DNA of 64,000 bases, taken from positions 95,542,001-95,606,000 of the forward strand of contig NC_042997.1 in assembly GCF_006345805.1 (NCBI RefSeq), written 5' to 3'. Numbering within the stretch: position 1 is the stretch's first letter; each line of letters starts with the position of its first letter. Under the pieces are notes generated by a model that saw nothing but the letters and a program-made list of their open reading frames with translations, was not told the DNA's origin and searched no databases. Made by a program: the position numbers and the translations under genes. Positions 38,597 to 51,897 of this stretch are shown here, one piece after another. This stretch comes from Octopus sinensis. Lineage: Eukaryota.

Positions 38597-39400
38597 TCAT
38601 GAAATTGCAAAATGGACAAGGAACACAGGAAAAATTACAATAATTTAGAAAGGCAGATTTGGCAAGACATAACCATGAGTTAGCACTAAAGAAAGCCAGC
38701 AAATGGAAATCTTTTGGCATTGACAAAGTTCCAAATTCTTGGTGGTTTTATTTAATACCTAACCATTATATACTGCTAAAATGTAATAAATATGTTATGC
38801 ACAATCCTGAGAAAACTCCTGATTGTCTTGCTCAAATTATAAGCTATCCTTTTCCAAAATCAACTGAAACCAATTTTCAAAGAGATTAGCATCCCATCAC
38901 CTGATTCTCTCCACAATATAAAAATATCACCTCAATTTTGACTGAGGAACTGCCGTAATAACCACAGATATTGAGTGATTGAATTAATTATTTAAACAAA
39001 AAGCATTTGACTGTGTTACCCACTCGGGACTGAAAAGTTAGAATGTCCTGAAAAATTCACCAGTTATATCAAAATTCCTAAAATATAACATCTCTAAAGA
39101 ATACAAATATAACATTATCAAATAATTTCACTAAATTATTTCGTTTTATTATAATTCCAGTATCATTAGTATTAACGGAGGTATTTTTCAGCATGATTCG
39201 TTTACCCCTCACATTTGGCATTGCACTCACTCCAGAGGTTAACAAAACGAAATATAACTAGGAAATAGATAGTGAAACCGTACGTTATCTGTTGCATGTG
39301 GACGACGTGAAAGGACTATCGAGAATACTTAATATTCAGTAGCGACATAGGAATGGAGTTTAGACTGGGAAGCAACATTAAAGAAATGTAGAATGCCAAG
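38597..39400 (+). mobile_element. Second decayed R4/Dong-like RT fragment
   Basis: ALKKASKWKSFGIDKVPN (KSPGxD motif), INGGIFQHDS and LHVDDVK remnants. Confidence 0.65.
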
Positions 39401-39994
39401 CACAGATACATGTGCTTCAGTTTCTCTACACGATAACTGTTCTCTGCAAAGAATACCTTTTTTAAAGCACAACAATGCCGGTGATAAGTCAATATTCCTC
39501 TTAAAACATTATGACAAGGCGAGTTGTCTTCCTTCGCTTGATAGATAGATTTTCCAATTCTGAAGTAAAAAATTCAGAAAATGTTAACAAATCCCCACGG
39601 CTATATATGGGTACAGACATACATACAGACAGGGAGGCATATATGGAGATAATTGTTTTAATTACATTTCACACATAATTTACATAATGCATTGACAACA
39701 GTTTATGTTGTGTATGGAAATCTGTTTATAAGGGATTTGCTACTTTAAAATATAATCTTCTTAATAAATAGATGCAAGATGCATTGAATAGATATAAAAC
39801 TTTTTCTCCACATTTCGTTTACTAGTGTAGGCGGATTCTCAAAATATCGGAATGGAACTATGAAAAAATATATGTAGGAATATCGCTCCGGACACATGTA
39901 TCTTTTAAATTTAAACAAAATCTATGAAGTTTTAAGCATTCTTTATATGTCGTGACCGATAAACTACTTATTCGAGTGTATGTGTGTCTATCTT

Positions 39995-40000
39995 GGTATC

Positions 40001-40074
<74 letters not shown>

Positions 40075-40135
40075 CATATACAGTTGGATATATATGTGTT
40101 TATGTGTATATATGTATATATATATATATATAATT
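39995..40135. repeat. (TA)n-rich microsatellite
   Basis: Direct reading. Confidence 0.9.
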
Positions 40136-43100
40136 TTTTGTTTATGCATGTGCGTATATTTATGTGCATATATATGTATACGTATGCTCAATAAAATACG
40201 TACGAGTAACTATGTATTGTCCCTACGCCCAAATGGATTATTCTAAAATACGCTCTTAGACATGAATTTGCATATCCTTATGAATAACGGTTTTACTAGA
40301 TACACATTATAACGGTTAATTTTCAAACTTTCATCTATCCTCGATTCCTCCATACCTTTCCACAACTGTATATATTACCAAACTAGTAAGAAAAATGTAT
40401 AGGTCATTATTATTTATTTTATTATATTTTGTAATTTTATTTTTTATTTGTTTATATTTTATATTTTTGATTTGAATTTTTATGCATATTTTATTTATTT
40501 GTTTTCTGATATATGGTATATTCATGAATATATGCAACCCATCACCTAGATACACTTACTATATATAGATTTTAACTTCTTAAACTCACTAATACTCTGT
40601 ATGCATCCTTCAAAAGAAAAATAACCTAAGTTCCACAAGCTCATAATTAACCCCGAAGAAATCTTACCCCATTTAGTTAGAATATGGTATCTTTCTTAGA
40701 ACTTAACCAAATGCTTAGAACATCTGATCAACTAGGTGATAGGACTGAAACATATATGTAGGTTCCATTATTCTATTTTCCGAGCTTTACAACTTGTAAT
40801 CAATTTATTTGTAATATTATGTTTTTTAAAAAGAAATTTTCAACATTTCATAACATACTGTGGCCACTCTCACGTAAATTAATTGTGCAAAATACTTAAT
40901 AAAGTGTTTCATTGATTGGTGATTTAAAGGTACATTAATTCAATTATATGAAATTTGAAACATAAATAGAATGGAGATTTTGCGCCACTAAAACTCTTTC
41001 TCCAAACTGCTGCTCCTTTCTCTTAATGTAGAGTACTAATCTTTATAAGGAACATAATGATATATAAGAAGTAGGAACTTAAAGCTTGAAATAGTTTAAT
41101 GTATATGAATTACAATAAAATTACATGCATATCCCCACTCACCGAATTCAAATTTTTAGATCAGATTTCACAATATGTTCACATGGATTATATGCAGTAT
41201 ATGTCGTTTGATTTTGCTGTTTAGTTACAAGACGTCTCTGAATGATCAGTGTTATGACAAAACACATCTTAGTTGTGAATATCTTGACTCCTTTCAAATA
41301 TAGCCTATACTTGCCAATTTTGTGTGATGTTCTGTTGCTTCAGAAGGTAGAATATGATGAGAAAGACTAGGCTAATACTTTATGCGTTTTTGACCGACGG
41401 TATACACGATTTTACAATGGCCCTTACACGTAAGGAAATATCGACCTGAGGGATTATTATGTTTATTCGTTACTTTTTTTCTGTTCGTACGTAAAAGTAT
41501 TATGAAAGTGCGCAAATGAATGTTCGTTGTAGGATTGAAATCGCTCATCAGGTTTCAAATAGCAGAACATTAAGTGACACTGCAATTTCTAAACGTATAA
41601 TATTGATTTCTTTCGAAGACACGCAATGAAAATCATAATACGTGAGTGCTGTATTTTAATGAAACACTCTGAGTACGTAATTGCCATATTTGATCGACTA
41701 CACAGATCTGAAAGTCAAAGATCATCCGACAAGATAAGACAGTCTACTGAGACTAGTCAATACCAAATTAGGCAATTAATCGGAAATAGTTGAAAATTTA
41801 ATGAAGAGCAGAGAAAATTGATTGCATTAAGATTACAAAGGGTTAACCAGGCTATGTATTTTGGATCAATATATTGTTCTGAATATTCGTTTACTTTTCA
41901 GATCTGTTGTTGGCGTCAAGTAAATTGTACCATATTGCACTGACGTGCTTTTCTTTTGCGATATACTTCCCTCTTTGTTTCTGATTATGTACACTGCCTT
42001 TGAATATTCTGTGTTTCAGAAGTCTGCATGACTATCTGCATCTCTATGTTTGTGTCTGTGTAGATATTTTAAAGATACTATAAAAGATGTGTCCGTCCCT
42101 AAATCATACATAACCAAAATGAGCAATCTGTATATATATTTGTGTATGGTTGTCTGTTTTCTTATGATTTTAACTATTTAAATTCTTCCTCTGAGGAAGA
42201 AATCATTTTCTAACTAAGGTACAGTGCTCCACCATTGGAATGTAAATAACAAAAACAATATGGACCTTTACACTTCAGAATGATCTTCCACTTTTACCGA
42301 TCCATTTACAGGTTTTATTTGTAATGTGTGAGTTAAGTGGATTATTTCTTTTTCTGAAAACCCTGGCTTATCCAGATTGTCCCTTAAGCATTTACTCACA
42401 AAGCCAAATGCATCACCTTTATTGGTATATATGTGAATTTATAATCTAGATATAAAAGCTGAAGGTTTCGAAGCAGTTGGTCATAGTTACCTCTTTCCTC
42501 TTTGCTTTTCAAATAGTTATTTACATCAGCAGGACAGCTGACATCAATGACGACACATAATATATCGTGTTTGTTCCAAACAACAATGTCTGGCCTGTTG
42601 TGTTTAAGCTTGACAGTTGTTTTGATGGGAGTTTACCACCAGCATTCCTTGTGTTGATGTTTCTGTATATATTCAAAATTATATGTATTCACTATATTTA
42701 TTCCAGGACACATATATGTGCGAGCGTTAGTTATATATGCACATGCACACACACACACACACATACATACACACGCGCGCGCGCGTGTACGTAGTAACAT
42801 TGTTTTTGTGTATGGAAGAGGACGTGGTAAAATCTGTCTTCTATTTTAAAGCGTATGTTCTAGTGCTGAAGCCCAATATTTCATTCCATTGCAGTGGGTT
42901 CTGTTATACCCACGTTAGTATTTCTCTTTCAAAGAGAAATATCCAAATCTATATGATTTTGCCTCAAACGTTGAGCAGACAAAGACAATAAATGAATCAT
43001 CTGTATCATTCATTTCAAAGTCTGTGTGTTTCTAGGCGTTGTTGCAGAATCCCTTATAATCATGCACATACCCCGAGTATTAAACGCAGAATTGCAGTCG

Positions 43101-44096
43101 TGAAACACAAACTCTACCTGAACTATATGTGTATCAAGCAAAGGTGATAGATTTGTTTCATACAGACTTAATTGTACACTCGCACAAAAAAGCGCACGTA
43201 TGTGACACCGCCAAAGATAGAGACATTGGAATGGATACGAAAAGAAAACGGTAACTCAATATCTTTATCAAAAGTCCGCATCATAATATGGCACAAGCAA
43301 GATTTACAACTCAAACTAGAATTCCTTCAGCTCAGATTTTCTGCATAGTTCAACGGAATAACCACTTCAATCCGTCGAGCTAAACTAAATGACAAATAGA
43401 TTATAGCGTCGGTATGTTGTATTTTCCTTAAAAGATATCTGCATTCGAGAAGTCTTATGTAGAAGAACAACGTTAGTAAGTTAGATTATTCAGTCAAATA
43501 ATGTGAAAATAATGTGAAAGCATACTTATATGTCTACATAGTGCATTTTATAATTTGCAGTCTATGTATAGTAGATCTCAGCATTGGTGACAACCTTTGC
43601 CTAATTATAAGATAATGGTTACAGTCACCACAACACGAATGTAAGGATAAAACTCGATCTTTTCTCTAGAAAATTTCATGTCTAGTACTACACTCGATGG
43701 TGGATTAAAAGAAAGCAGTACGAATGCTTGGTGACCTCTCCGCAATATGCTAGTCTCTGAAAGTAAACGATTAATCATTTTGATTAAAACAGACGGAGTC
43801 AGTTGTGCGTCCTATTTATCGACAAAAAAGAAAAAGATGAATGAAAAGCATTTTTTAATATTTGCTATTATATCAAAACGATTTCAAAACATACTTTCCT
43901 AATGTGTATTGTACTATTCCACAATGATAAAAGAGTAACTTATAATAGTTTGCGATACACGTATCGATGTATGATGTCTTTATGTCAGTATTATGCTATT
44001 ACATATGTTTATATATATAGGGATTAACGAGTGGAATACCTTGGATTATATATTCCCTAATGAGGATATAACTTCCTCTAATCACCTGTATATATG

Positions 44097-44171
<75 letters not shown>

Positions 44172-44297
44172 ATGTATGTATGTTTGTATGTATGTATGTA
44201 TATATACCGGAGGGGAACTTTAAGAAACATACTATAATTCTATTACCCAGTTTATATTATTATATATATTTCTATGTGTATACACGTACACACACAG

Positions 44298-44380
<83 letters not shown>

Positions 44381-45375
44381 AATAGAAGATATAACAATAA
44401 ATTGAAATATTACGATGTATTAAATACATTATAATATAGGAGGCTATAGGAATTAAAAACAAAAAAGGTGCAATACATAAATAAGGGTGCAAATAACACC
44501 TACAATTGCTAGAACAGAGACTAAAAATATAACTCAAGTAGCCACTTAATATCACAAACCTCATGAGATGTTCAAGGGTCTGCGAGTGGTAAGCCACAAC
44601 ATCTACATCTAGCGAGATAAAACTCATAGAATGAAGTAATCTGATAAGACCATATCACATGACTTAACCAATAAGGTTTCGTTTCTTTTCAGAGGAATGA
44701 CGAACGAAGAGATTCTTTCAGTTTCCGTTTACCAAAGTCACTCTCAACGCATTGGTCGGCCGCATATTTGAGTATTTCCAAATATTATGCTAATGTGTTT
44801 TCATGCAGAACTACATTTCATGAAAAAATTATCGCCAAAATTGAATGTTTGAAAGAAAAGGGGAGACAGTATTCTAAGAAAAAAAGAAGGAAATAGGACA
44901 AACAGAGGGAAGAAAGAAAGCAAACAGATGACCACAGCGCACCTGGTTTTTTTTTATTTTTGAAGAGGTCCCCTTCATTTAACCCATTCCAATACAATGG
45001 TAAATGACTAAATAAATAAATGAATGGTGAATAGGAAGAAGGATCTTCCTTCATTTTCTCTCCCTCCCTCTACCTGTCTATCAATCTGTCTGACTATCTA
45101 TCTATCTGTCTATACCTACTTACCTACCTACCTACCTATATTTCTATCCATCTGTCTATCTCCATTGTCATGGAACTTCACCCCCAAAAGTAAAAACAAT
45201 GTTCTCTTCTTCTAACCCCCCACCCCCCAAAAACCATGTGTTTTATATAAATGAACAAACTATTTCTACATTCACAAAATTTTAAGTGACAAACTCGAGA
45301 AACGAAGAAAGCGCTAATAATAATAATGAAGAAATATAATTATTTTTTTCAAAAATTCTGACGACATTTTTCTCA

Positions 45376-45452
<77 letters not shown>

Positions 45453-45524
45453 AAGGGTGAAAAGGAACACACGAGTTGATATATATGAAAAAACAAGTAA
45501 AAAATAGAAAATGCTAAGTGAACA

Positions 45525-45568
45525 TTGCAGTACCGGTTTCGGTCATTTTGAGAACTTTTCAACTGTAA
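45525..45568 (-). ncRNA. Minimal Type I HHR, U3-A8 variant, sense to the Penelope ORF (one stem II mismatch)
   Basis: Minus strand: TTACAG TTGAAAA GTTC TCAAAAT GACC GAAAC CG GTA CTGCAA. Confidence 0.65.
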
Positions 45569-45914
45569 CGATTAAATAATTAAATTGAGAAAAATTAGAA
45601 GAAAAGTTTTTTTAAAAGAATATTTCTATAGTAGTGTTCAGATTTAAGTGGCATTCTGCCTTTCTCTGACTCCCTTGTTTGCACTTGTGTGTTCGAGGTA
45701 GTTGTGAGTTCTTGGTAGGGTAGTAGAGGGAAGGCTGGTGAGGAAAGGGGGGTGGGAGAATCTGGGAGTGCCCTGATGGTCGTATTTTGAATGGTCAGTG
45801 GCGGCTGGCAGTCTCAGTTGAATTCAGGAGAATATTTATATTGACAGGCTTGTTTATAGAATTAGCGTAGGTGTTATACTAAAAAATATTAGTGACAAAC
45901 TTAAGGGGTAGGGG

Positions 45915-46150
45915 GTGGAGAAGAAGAAGAAGAAGAAGAAGAAGAAGAAGGAGAAGGAGAAGGAGAAGATGACGATGATGGTGATGGTGGTGATGATTAT
46001 GACGACGATGATGATGATAACGATGATGATGAAGAAGAAGAAGAAGAAGAAGAAGAAGGAGGAGAAGGAGAAGATGGTGGTGATGATGGTGGCGATGATG
46101 ATGATGCCGATGATGATGAAGAAGAGGAAGAAGAAGAAGAAGAAGAAAAA
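45915..46150. repeat. Compound (GAA)n/(GAT)n/(GGT)n microsatellite inside the Penelope 3' region
   Basis: Direct reading. Confidence 0.9.
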
Positions 46151-46337
46151 ACAGAGAAGGGAGAATATGAATGGGTGTAAATATAGCTATGAAGGGGCTG
46201 ATTAGTAATGGATTCTATGGAGTGTAGTATTTGTGTGTATATATATTTTTTTCTTTTATTCTAAAGTTGAGGTATATTAATTGTTTGTCGTAGACCCGTT
46301 AAGAAGTGGCTTGTATTTTGTAATAAAGAGATTTTCT

Positions 46338-47237
46338 TTACTTATTCGTTGTCTCGAGGTTGTATCGTCCTAAATTGGTAGAGGGGGAAAATTCTGAAGT
46401 TGGTGTTTTTTTGTTGGCGCAAGTATCTATGTGTTGGCTAAAAGCTATTTTTCTGTTTTGGGGAATTTTTATCTGGGATCTGTGCAGGGCCATTCGTTTA
46501 CGCAAACCATTTTTTGTTTGGCCTATGTACTGCTCTTGACACCCGGAGCAGGTTAGTGAGTATATTAGGTTCTCCGAAGCACATGTGAAGTTGCTTTTCA
46601 CTGTAAAACGTTGTCCCTGTTTGAAGGAGAACTCAGAACCCTCGATTAGATAGTCGCATATCCCGCAATTGGGTCTTCCACATTTTTTTACTGTCGGCTT
46701 CTGTGTTGAAGAGTGAATTCGGGCTTGTGTAAGGAGACTTTTCATGGATCTAGGCTGTCTTTTGCTTTTTATGATCGTGTGTGTTTGGAGGATTGTGTTC
46801 ATTCTGTGGTCTTTTTTTAGGAGGGGTATGTTGTGGAGGATGGTGTCGAAGGCTTCGTTATTGAGAGGGTTGTGTGTGGAGATGTATGGTAAGGCTTTTG
46901 GTTGTAAGTTTTTCTTTGATTTGGGATGTCTCAGTTCCTTGATGTTAAGTTGAAGGGCACGTTGAATGCATTTGTCAATAAGTGAAGGTGGATAGTTCCT
47001 GGTGATTAGGGTATCTTTTAGTTCTTGTAGTCGTGTGTCTCTGGTGTTTGCGTTAGAGACTATAGTGCATATCCTTTTTGCTAGATTGAAGGGGATATTC
47101 ACCCTGGTGTGTCTGGGGTGGCATGAATTGAATGGAAGATATTGCTTAGAGTCTGTAGGCTTATAGTATATGTCTGTTTCTATTATATTATTAGCTTTCT
47201 TAATGAGGATATCGAGGAACTGACCGCCACTGACCAT
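46338..47237 (-). CDS. Penelope pol fragment: RT C-terminus/thumb and GIY-YIG endonuclease (truncated, probably non-functional)
   Basis: FLDILI..TDIYYKPTDSKQYLPFNSCHP (PLE RT end); CGRPNCGICD..NLIYSLTCSGCQEQYIGQT..LRKRMALH (GIY-YIG with Cys motifs). The true RT frame starts at the inversion junction near 47220. Confidence 0.85.
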   Translation of the reverse strand: MVSGGQFLDILIKKANNIIETDIYYKPTDSKQYLPFNSCHPRHTRVNIPFNLAKRICTIVSNANTRDTRLQELKDTLITRNYPPSLIDKCIQRALQLNIKELRHPKSKKNLQPKALPYISTHNPLNNEAFDTILHNIPLLKKDHRMNTILQTHTIIKSKRQPRSMKSLLTQARIHSSTQKPTVKKCGRPNCGICDYLIEGSEFSFKQGQRFTVKSNFTCASENLIYSLTCSGCQEQYIGQTKNGLRKRMALHRSQIKIPQNRKIAFSQHIDTCANKKTPTSEFSPSTNLGRYNLETTNK

Positions 47238-47458
47238 TCAAAATACGACCATCAGGGCACTCCCAGATTCTCCCACCCCCTTTCCTCACCAGCCTTCCCT
47301 CTACTACCCTACCAAGAACTCACAATTACCTCGAACACACAAGTGCAAACAAGGGAGTCAGAGAAAGGCAGAATGCCACTTAAATCTGAACACTACTATA
47401 GAAATATTCTTTTAAAAAAACTTTTCTTCTAATTTTTCTAAATTTAATTATTTAATCG

Positions 47459-47502
47459 TTACAGTTGAAAAGGTCTCAAAATGACCGAAACCGGTACTGC
47501 AA
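47459..47502 (+). ncRNA. Minimal Type I HHR, U3-A8 variant, in the inverted terminal copy
   Basis: TTACAG TTGAAAA GGTC TCAAAAT GACC GAAAC CG GTA CTGCAA; palindromic stem III ACCGGT; predicted cleavage after 47496. Confidence 0.78.
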
Positions 47503-47548
47503 TGTTCACTATAAAATTATTTTAGCATTTTCTATTTTTTACTTGTTT

Positions 47549-47581
<33 letters not shown>

Positions 47582-47586
<5 letters not shown>

Positions 47587-47700
47587 TTATAGGAGGAGCT
47601 TCTACAGGACTAGAACTGTTTCATGAAATCATCAGGCTTCCTGATGATTTCATTTGAATGAAACAGTTCTAGTCCTGTAGAAGCTCCTTCTATAAGATAA
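47582..47700. repeat. ~120-bp near-perfect palindrome containing an HHR-like core in both orientations
   Basis: ttataggaggagcttctacaggactagaactgtttcat..gaaatcatcagg ctt cctgatgatttc..atgaaacagttctagtcctgtagaagctccttctataa. Confidence 0.9.
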
Positions 47701-48690
47701 ATTAATTTACTCTGCTATGTATTGAGTACCTTATTTACTGTGGTTAACCCCGACTCAACCCGGGACATATATATATATATATATGTATATGTGTATGTGT
47801 GTGTGTGTATGTATGTATGTATGTATGTATGTATGTATGAATACACATATATATATATGGTGAATGTATAGATATATATTTGTGTACATTCCTGTATGTG
47901 TATGTATGTGTATAACACCGTAGATTGGTACGGGTGTTCAACACGTATCTCGCCAATACCAATGTCAACTAAATTGATTTCCATCATCAAAATCCCGAAA
48001 TATATTTCAGATTTTAATATAAAATTATACATTATATGTCATTTCCTCTCTGAACTTCGTCTTCACCTTATCAATATACGAGCCAACCTTCAACTCTACT
48101 AATCATAAACCAAACCCATTTCACTCAGTAACTGTTCACCTCCTGTCGTATCAGGATGAGGTCTTTGATTGTTCAGTAAATTTTCAGATAACTAAGCAGC
48201 GAATTGTTATCATACGCAAAGCTTATTACTGTATACAGCAATACTTTCCAGTCACCTCTGACCGACACATTTTCGTCTGTGCAATTTCTCGTACTATACG
48301 TGCTTCATTTCAAACCTTGCCCCCTTGCCAATCTACTTTACCAATTTTATTGAATTATTCAGCCAATTCCGCCTAAAGATTCTCTTTGTGTTTATCTGAA
48401 CTTCGGCCAAATTTGTATTAAATCATACAGTAGCATTAGCGGTATAGTAACGTTCATTAGAATCGCCATCAGTGTATTTCGTCGTTTATTTGATACAATC
48501 AACAGTTAATTTTAAAGTTTACATATATTCTAGACTTAGTTATACCGTAAATGAAAAACAAAATATCTATGACTGGTTTGAACGTGATCATATGTCAGAT
48601 CATTAACTTATCACCCGGGGTTAAAATCATCGACATATATATTCACCTCATTTTTAATATTCATTATTGCAATATTTAGTGCCATTCATA

Positions 48691-49160
48691 AGGCTGTGAC
48701 CTGTGCAGAATCGATAGCACGCCGGGTAAAGTTTAGTCTCATTTCGTTCGTCTATACGTTCTGAGTTCCAGTTTCATCCAGTTCGACTTTGGTTTTTACC
48801 CTTTATGGGCCGATAAAATATGTACTAGTTAATTTTTTTTTTAGACATTCTCCAGTCACGGCGACTCCTAAGAGCTGGTTTCCCGGGATTCATGGCGTAT
48901 AAATTCTCCACTTGGACAGGACAACAGTCCGTCGCAGGATTACTTTTTTTTTTGTTAGGTGAGTAGACTGGAACAACGTAAAATATTTTGCTTAAGATCA
49001 CAACGCGTCGTCCGGTCCAGGAATGGAAGCTACAATCTTAGGATGATGAGTCCAATAACCACTAAGCCAAACACCTTTTGAGTACTGGGGTCGTTTAAAA
49101 CGACTTATTCCCTTTTCAACGAAATTGTTGGCCTTGTGCCAAAATTGGAAACCAATATTT
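48691..49160 (+). mobile_element. tRNA-derived SINE split by a nested SINE
   Basis: 5' half 48691-48830 (gcagaatcgatagcacgccggg..ttctgagttcc); 3' half resumes at ~49078 (tgagtactggggtcg). Confidence 0.7.
48843..49075 (-). mobile_element. Nested tRNA-derived SINE of a different family
   Basis: Minus-strand head GGTGTTTGGCTTAGTGG (A box) with a degenerate B box; T-run (minus-strand A tail) at 48833-48842. Confidence 0.65.
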
Positions 49161-50504
49161 ATTGCTACTTGTTAATATCTACTAATTTGATATCTTATTC
49201 TTCCAAAGATTTTACAATTGTTAAACTACTAATTCATTGTGCTTTTTACAACTCTAGTGGAGGTAGGGCATCTATGATCCCTACTATTCCACTCCGATAC
49301 ATAAATGTTTCGACTTTTATTTATATCATAATTGCGCTGTATAGCATACACTTTATATTTAAACCACTTTGTTGAAGCATGAGTCTACGCGTATGTGAAT
49401 CAGCAATAAATACAGTTACTCTTGCTCGAAGTCTCTTTTCCTCATTTCCCTAAACTGAGCTCCAGTCTCTTCACTTCCATGAAAAACCTGCAGCCAAGTA
49501 CAGTAATTCGTTTTATCTCGAACTCCGGCGACGAATCCTATCTAATAGTAACCATACCTGAAGATATTACCTCAGGTGATACAGTAGTGCAGTCAAGGTG
49601 GTAAATCTCAGCGCGTGTCCATCTCAGAATGGGTGTAATATAGTGGACTCAGGCAACAGGCCATATATTTGTGGCAGTCATAAGGCTACTTACATTTAAT
49701 TTGGCCTTCTAGAGATGTTTGAGTCATTTCAAATATGCAGCGGTGACCTTGCTTTTCATTTCTTTGTGCAATGTATTGTCCAGCTCCTAGATCACAAGAT
49801 ATATGTTCTCACCGTCAACCAGGTTTCCCATTCGCTCTTGTTTGGCAATCCTATGCCCTTGCAAGCAACATTCTTTGCCGGTTACAAAGTGAGCAGTACT
49901 GACTCCGAGATCCCGAATTCCATTCTTATTCCCTGCCTACACAGGGCAGAGGTGCCATCAGTTCTCTGAATTGTTCATGTGCGCAGCCAGATAAAGATTT
50001 ACATTATCCGTTGTGCCCTTTCTTTTAGATGTTAGGAGCGATTAGAGAGAGAATTAACTGATTTTTCTATCATGCAGCGTGAGTTCTCATGCAATACATT
50101 GTTAACATGTAATCTCCTTCGCTCGATAATTCAGGATGCAAAAAAAAAAATAATTAATTGAAATCACTACCATTACTACGAATATTATCACTAGTATTGC
50201 CACTATTATTATGGTTACTTTTCTCCTGGTGGCTACCTTCTGTAGCCACGGTAACAGTGTTGTTCATCGTTGTTTTTGTTGTTACTTTATGAATTGTTGG
50301 TTCTGTTTTTGTCTCGGGATAGTCTGCGTTCTGTAGCGACAGACAGAAAAGGAGCGTTTGGCAGATTGTATTTATCATCGTTACTATTGTTACTTCTTGT
50401 ATTGTTCATTTTGTTGTTGCGCTTGTTTTTGTCTGCCTGAAATATTTTCTGTAGCCATAGTAAGGGATTAGCAATTACTGAATTTGCTGCAGCTACCACA
50501 ATGT

Positions 50505-50546
<42 letters not shown>

Positions 50547-50704
50547 TGGAAGGTGATTTTCTCTATAGAAACTAGCAATTTGAGCTGTTTTTGAATAGTT
50601 CAAAGGCAAAGTATATGGAAAATATATGTGACCTCTGCAGTAACTGTCTGGCCTCTTACGGAAACTGATGATGACAATGTATGTTATTATTGTTATTACC
50701 ATTC

Positions 50705-50915
50705 AGACGGCGAACTAGCAGAATCGTTAGCATGATGGACGAAATGCTTAGCGGTATTTCGCCCGTCGCTACGTTCTGAGTTCATATTCAACCGAGGTCG
50801 ACTTTGCCTTTCATCTTTCGGGGTCGATAAAATGAGCATCAGTGAAACACTGGGCCGATATAATCGACTAACCCGCCTCCGCCAAAGCTTCAGGCCTTGT
50901 GACTATAATAGAAAT
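50705..50915 (+). mobile_element. tRNA-derived SINE
   Basis: gacggcgaactagcagaatcgttagc..ttctgagttcatattcaaccgaggtcgactttgcctttcat; same family as 32560. Confidence 0.85.
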
Positions 50916-51124
50916 GATTATTGTTATTATCATTATCACTACCATTATCATTATCACATTTAAAGAAATGTTCGTATTTACATACGTGGTATTAGGCACA
51001 AGTAATTTCAATCATTATTTCCATGAGATAATCATGTGTCGGGTGAATGAATTTTGTGAGTACATTTAGAGATTCCGTTCCCTAGTACATATCAGTTTGG
51101 TTTTCGTTTTGCTTTCTGATTAAG

Positions 51125-51425
51125 TTTTCCTATTTTGTGGAGCTACGGCATCTATCATCTATTGTTATTTTGCGAAGGTAAGAACAATGGATCATACTAC
51201 TCTAAATATAGACCTATGACTTCGAGAACAGAAATGAGAGAGGGTATCTGCCCTTGATATTTCAGGAATATCTTAGACGTTTGTGTTCCTCGAATATCCT
51301 TAGACGTCCACCTGTGTCAGAAGGACAACAGGACCCTCATCCCAGTCTTTTTTCTTTCCTTTTACTGTTGTATATACTATGTATGCATCCTTTTGTTTTA
51401 TAGTATACTGTAAATACATTTAGAT

Positions 51426-51487
<62 letters not shown>

Positions 51488-51897
51488 ATATTTCGTATTT
51501 GTATTTGGTTTGCAAGATTCTAGATGTGAATTCGCGTTTTGAAAGAAATACCATTGAACCTTGGGTGGGGCATTATGCCAGAAATAATAAACACACGCAC
51601 TGGTTCGGTTATTTATTGTCATTGTTAGTTAATGGGTTAGTTACTGCATTAACCAATTTATCGATTAACCGTTATTTTACTACTTTTTTTTCAAACTCAT
51701 ATGTTAAACACTTTGGTCAAACCATAAATCGTTCAAATGTTCAGTGATTGATAGTGTTCTTATATCATTTATTTTCTTGACAAATTATTTTCATTGCATT
51801 GTTGCAATCTCTTCTGTAACACATCTCTCTACTTGTATTTCTTTTCAGCCTATGTTCTCGGGTTGGGATACATCCAAGATCTGTCCGAGACGTGTAT
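51125..51897 (+). other. Two candidate phase-compatible exons (51125-51177, 51849-51897): FSYFVELRHLSSIVILRSLCSRVGIHPRSVRDVY
   Basis: ..ctgattaag|53 nt|gtaaga and ..tttcttttcag|49 nt|gtgagt. No homology recognised. Confidence 0.22.

Larger units (their letters stand above)
45480..47550 (-). mobile_element. 5'-truncated Penelope-like element with its 3' terminal region duplicated in inverted orientation at the 5' end; flanked by (TA)n
   Basis: Contains the RT-thumb + GIY-YIG ORF. 45480-45810 and ~47222-47550 are ~330-bp inverted copies, each containing an HHR. (TA)n tracts lie at 45375-45450 and 47545-47580. Confidence 0.9.

Noticed and set aside
45915-46205. Lys/Met-rich, Ser-rich, His/Thr and Ile/Tyr ORFs here and throughout (e.g. 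57641-57919, 58599-59237, 52412-52889)
   Set aside because: These are translations of microsatellites.
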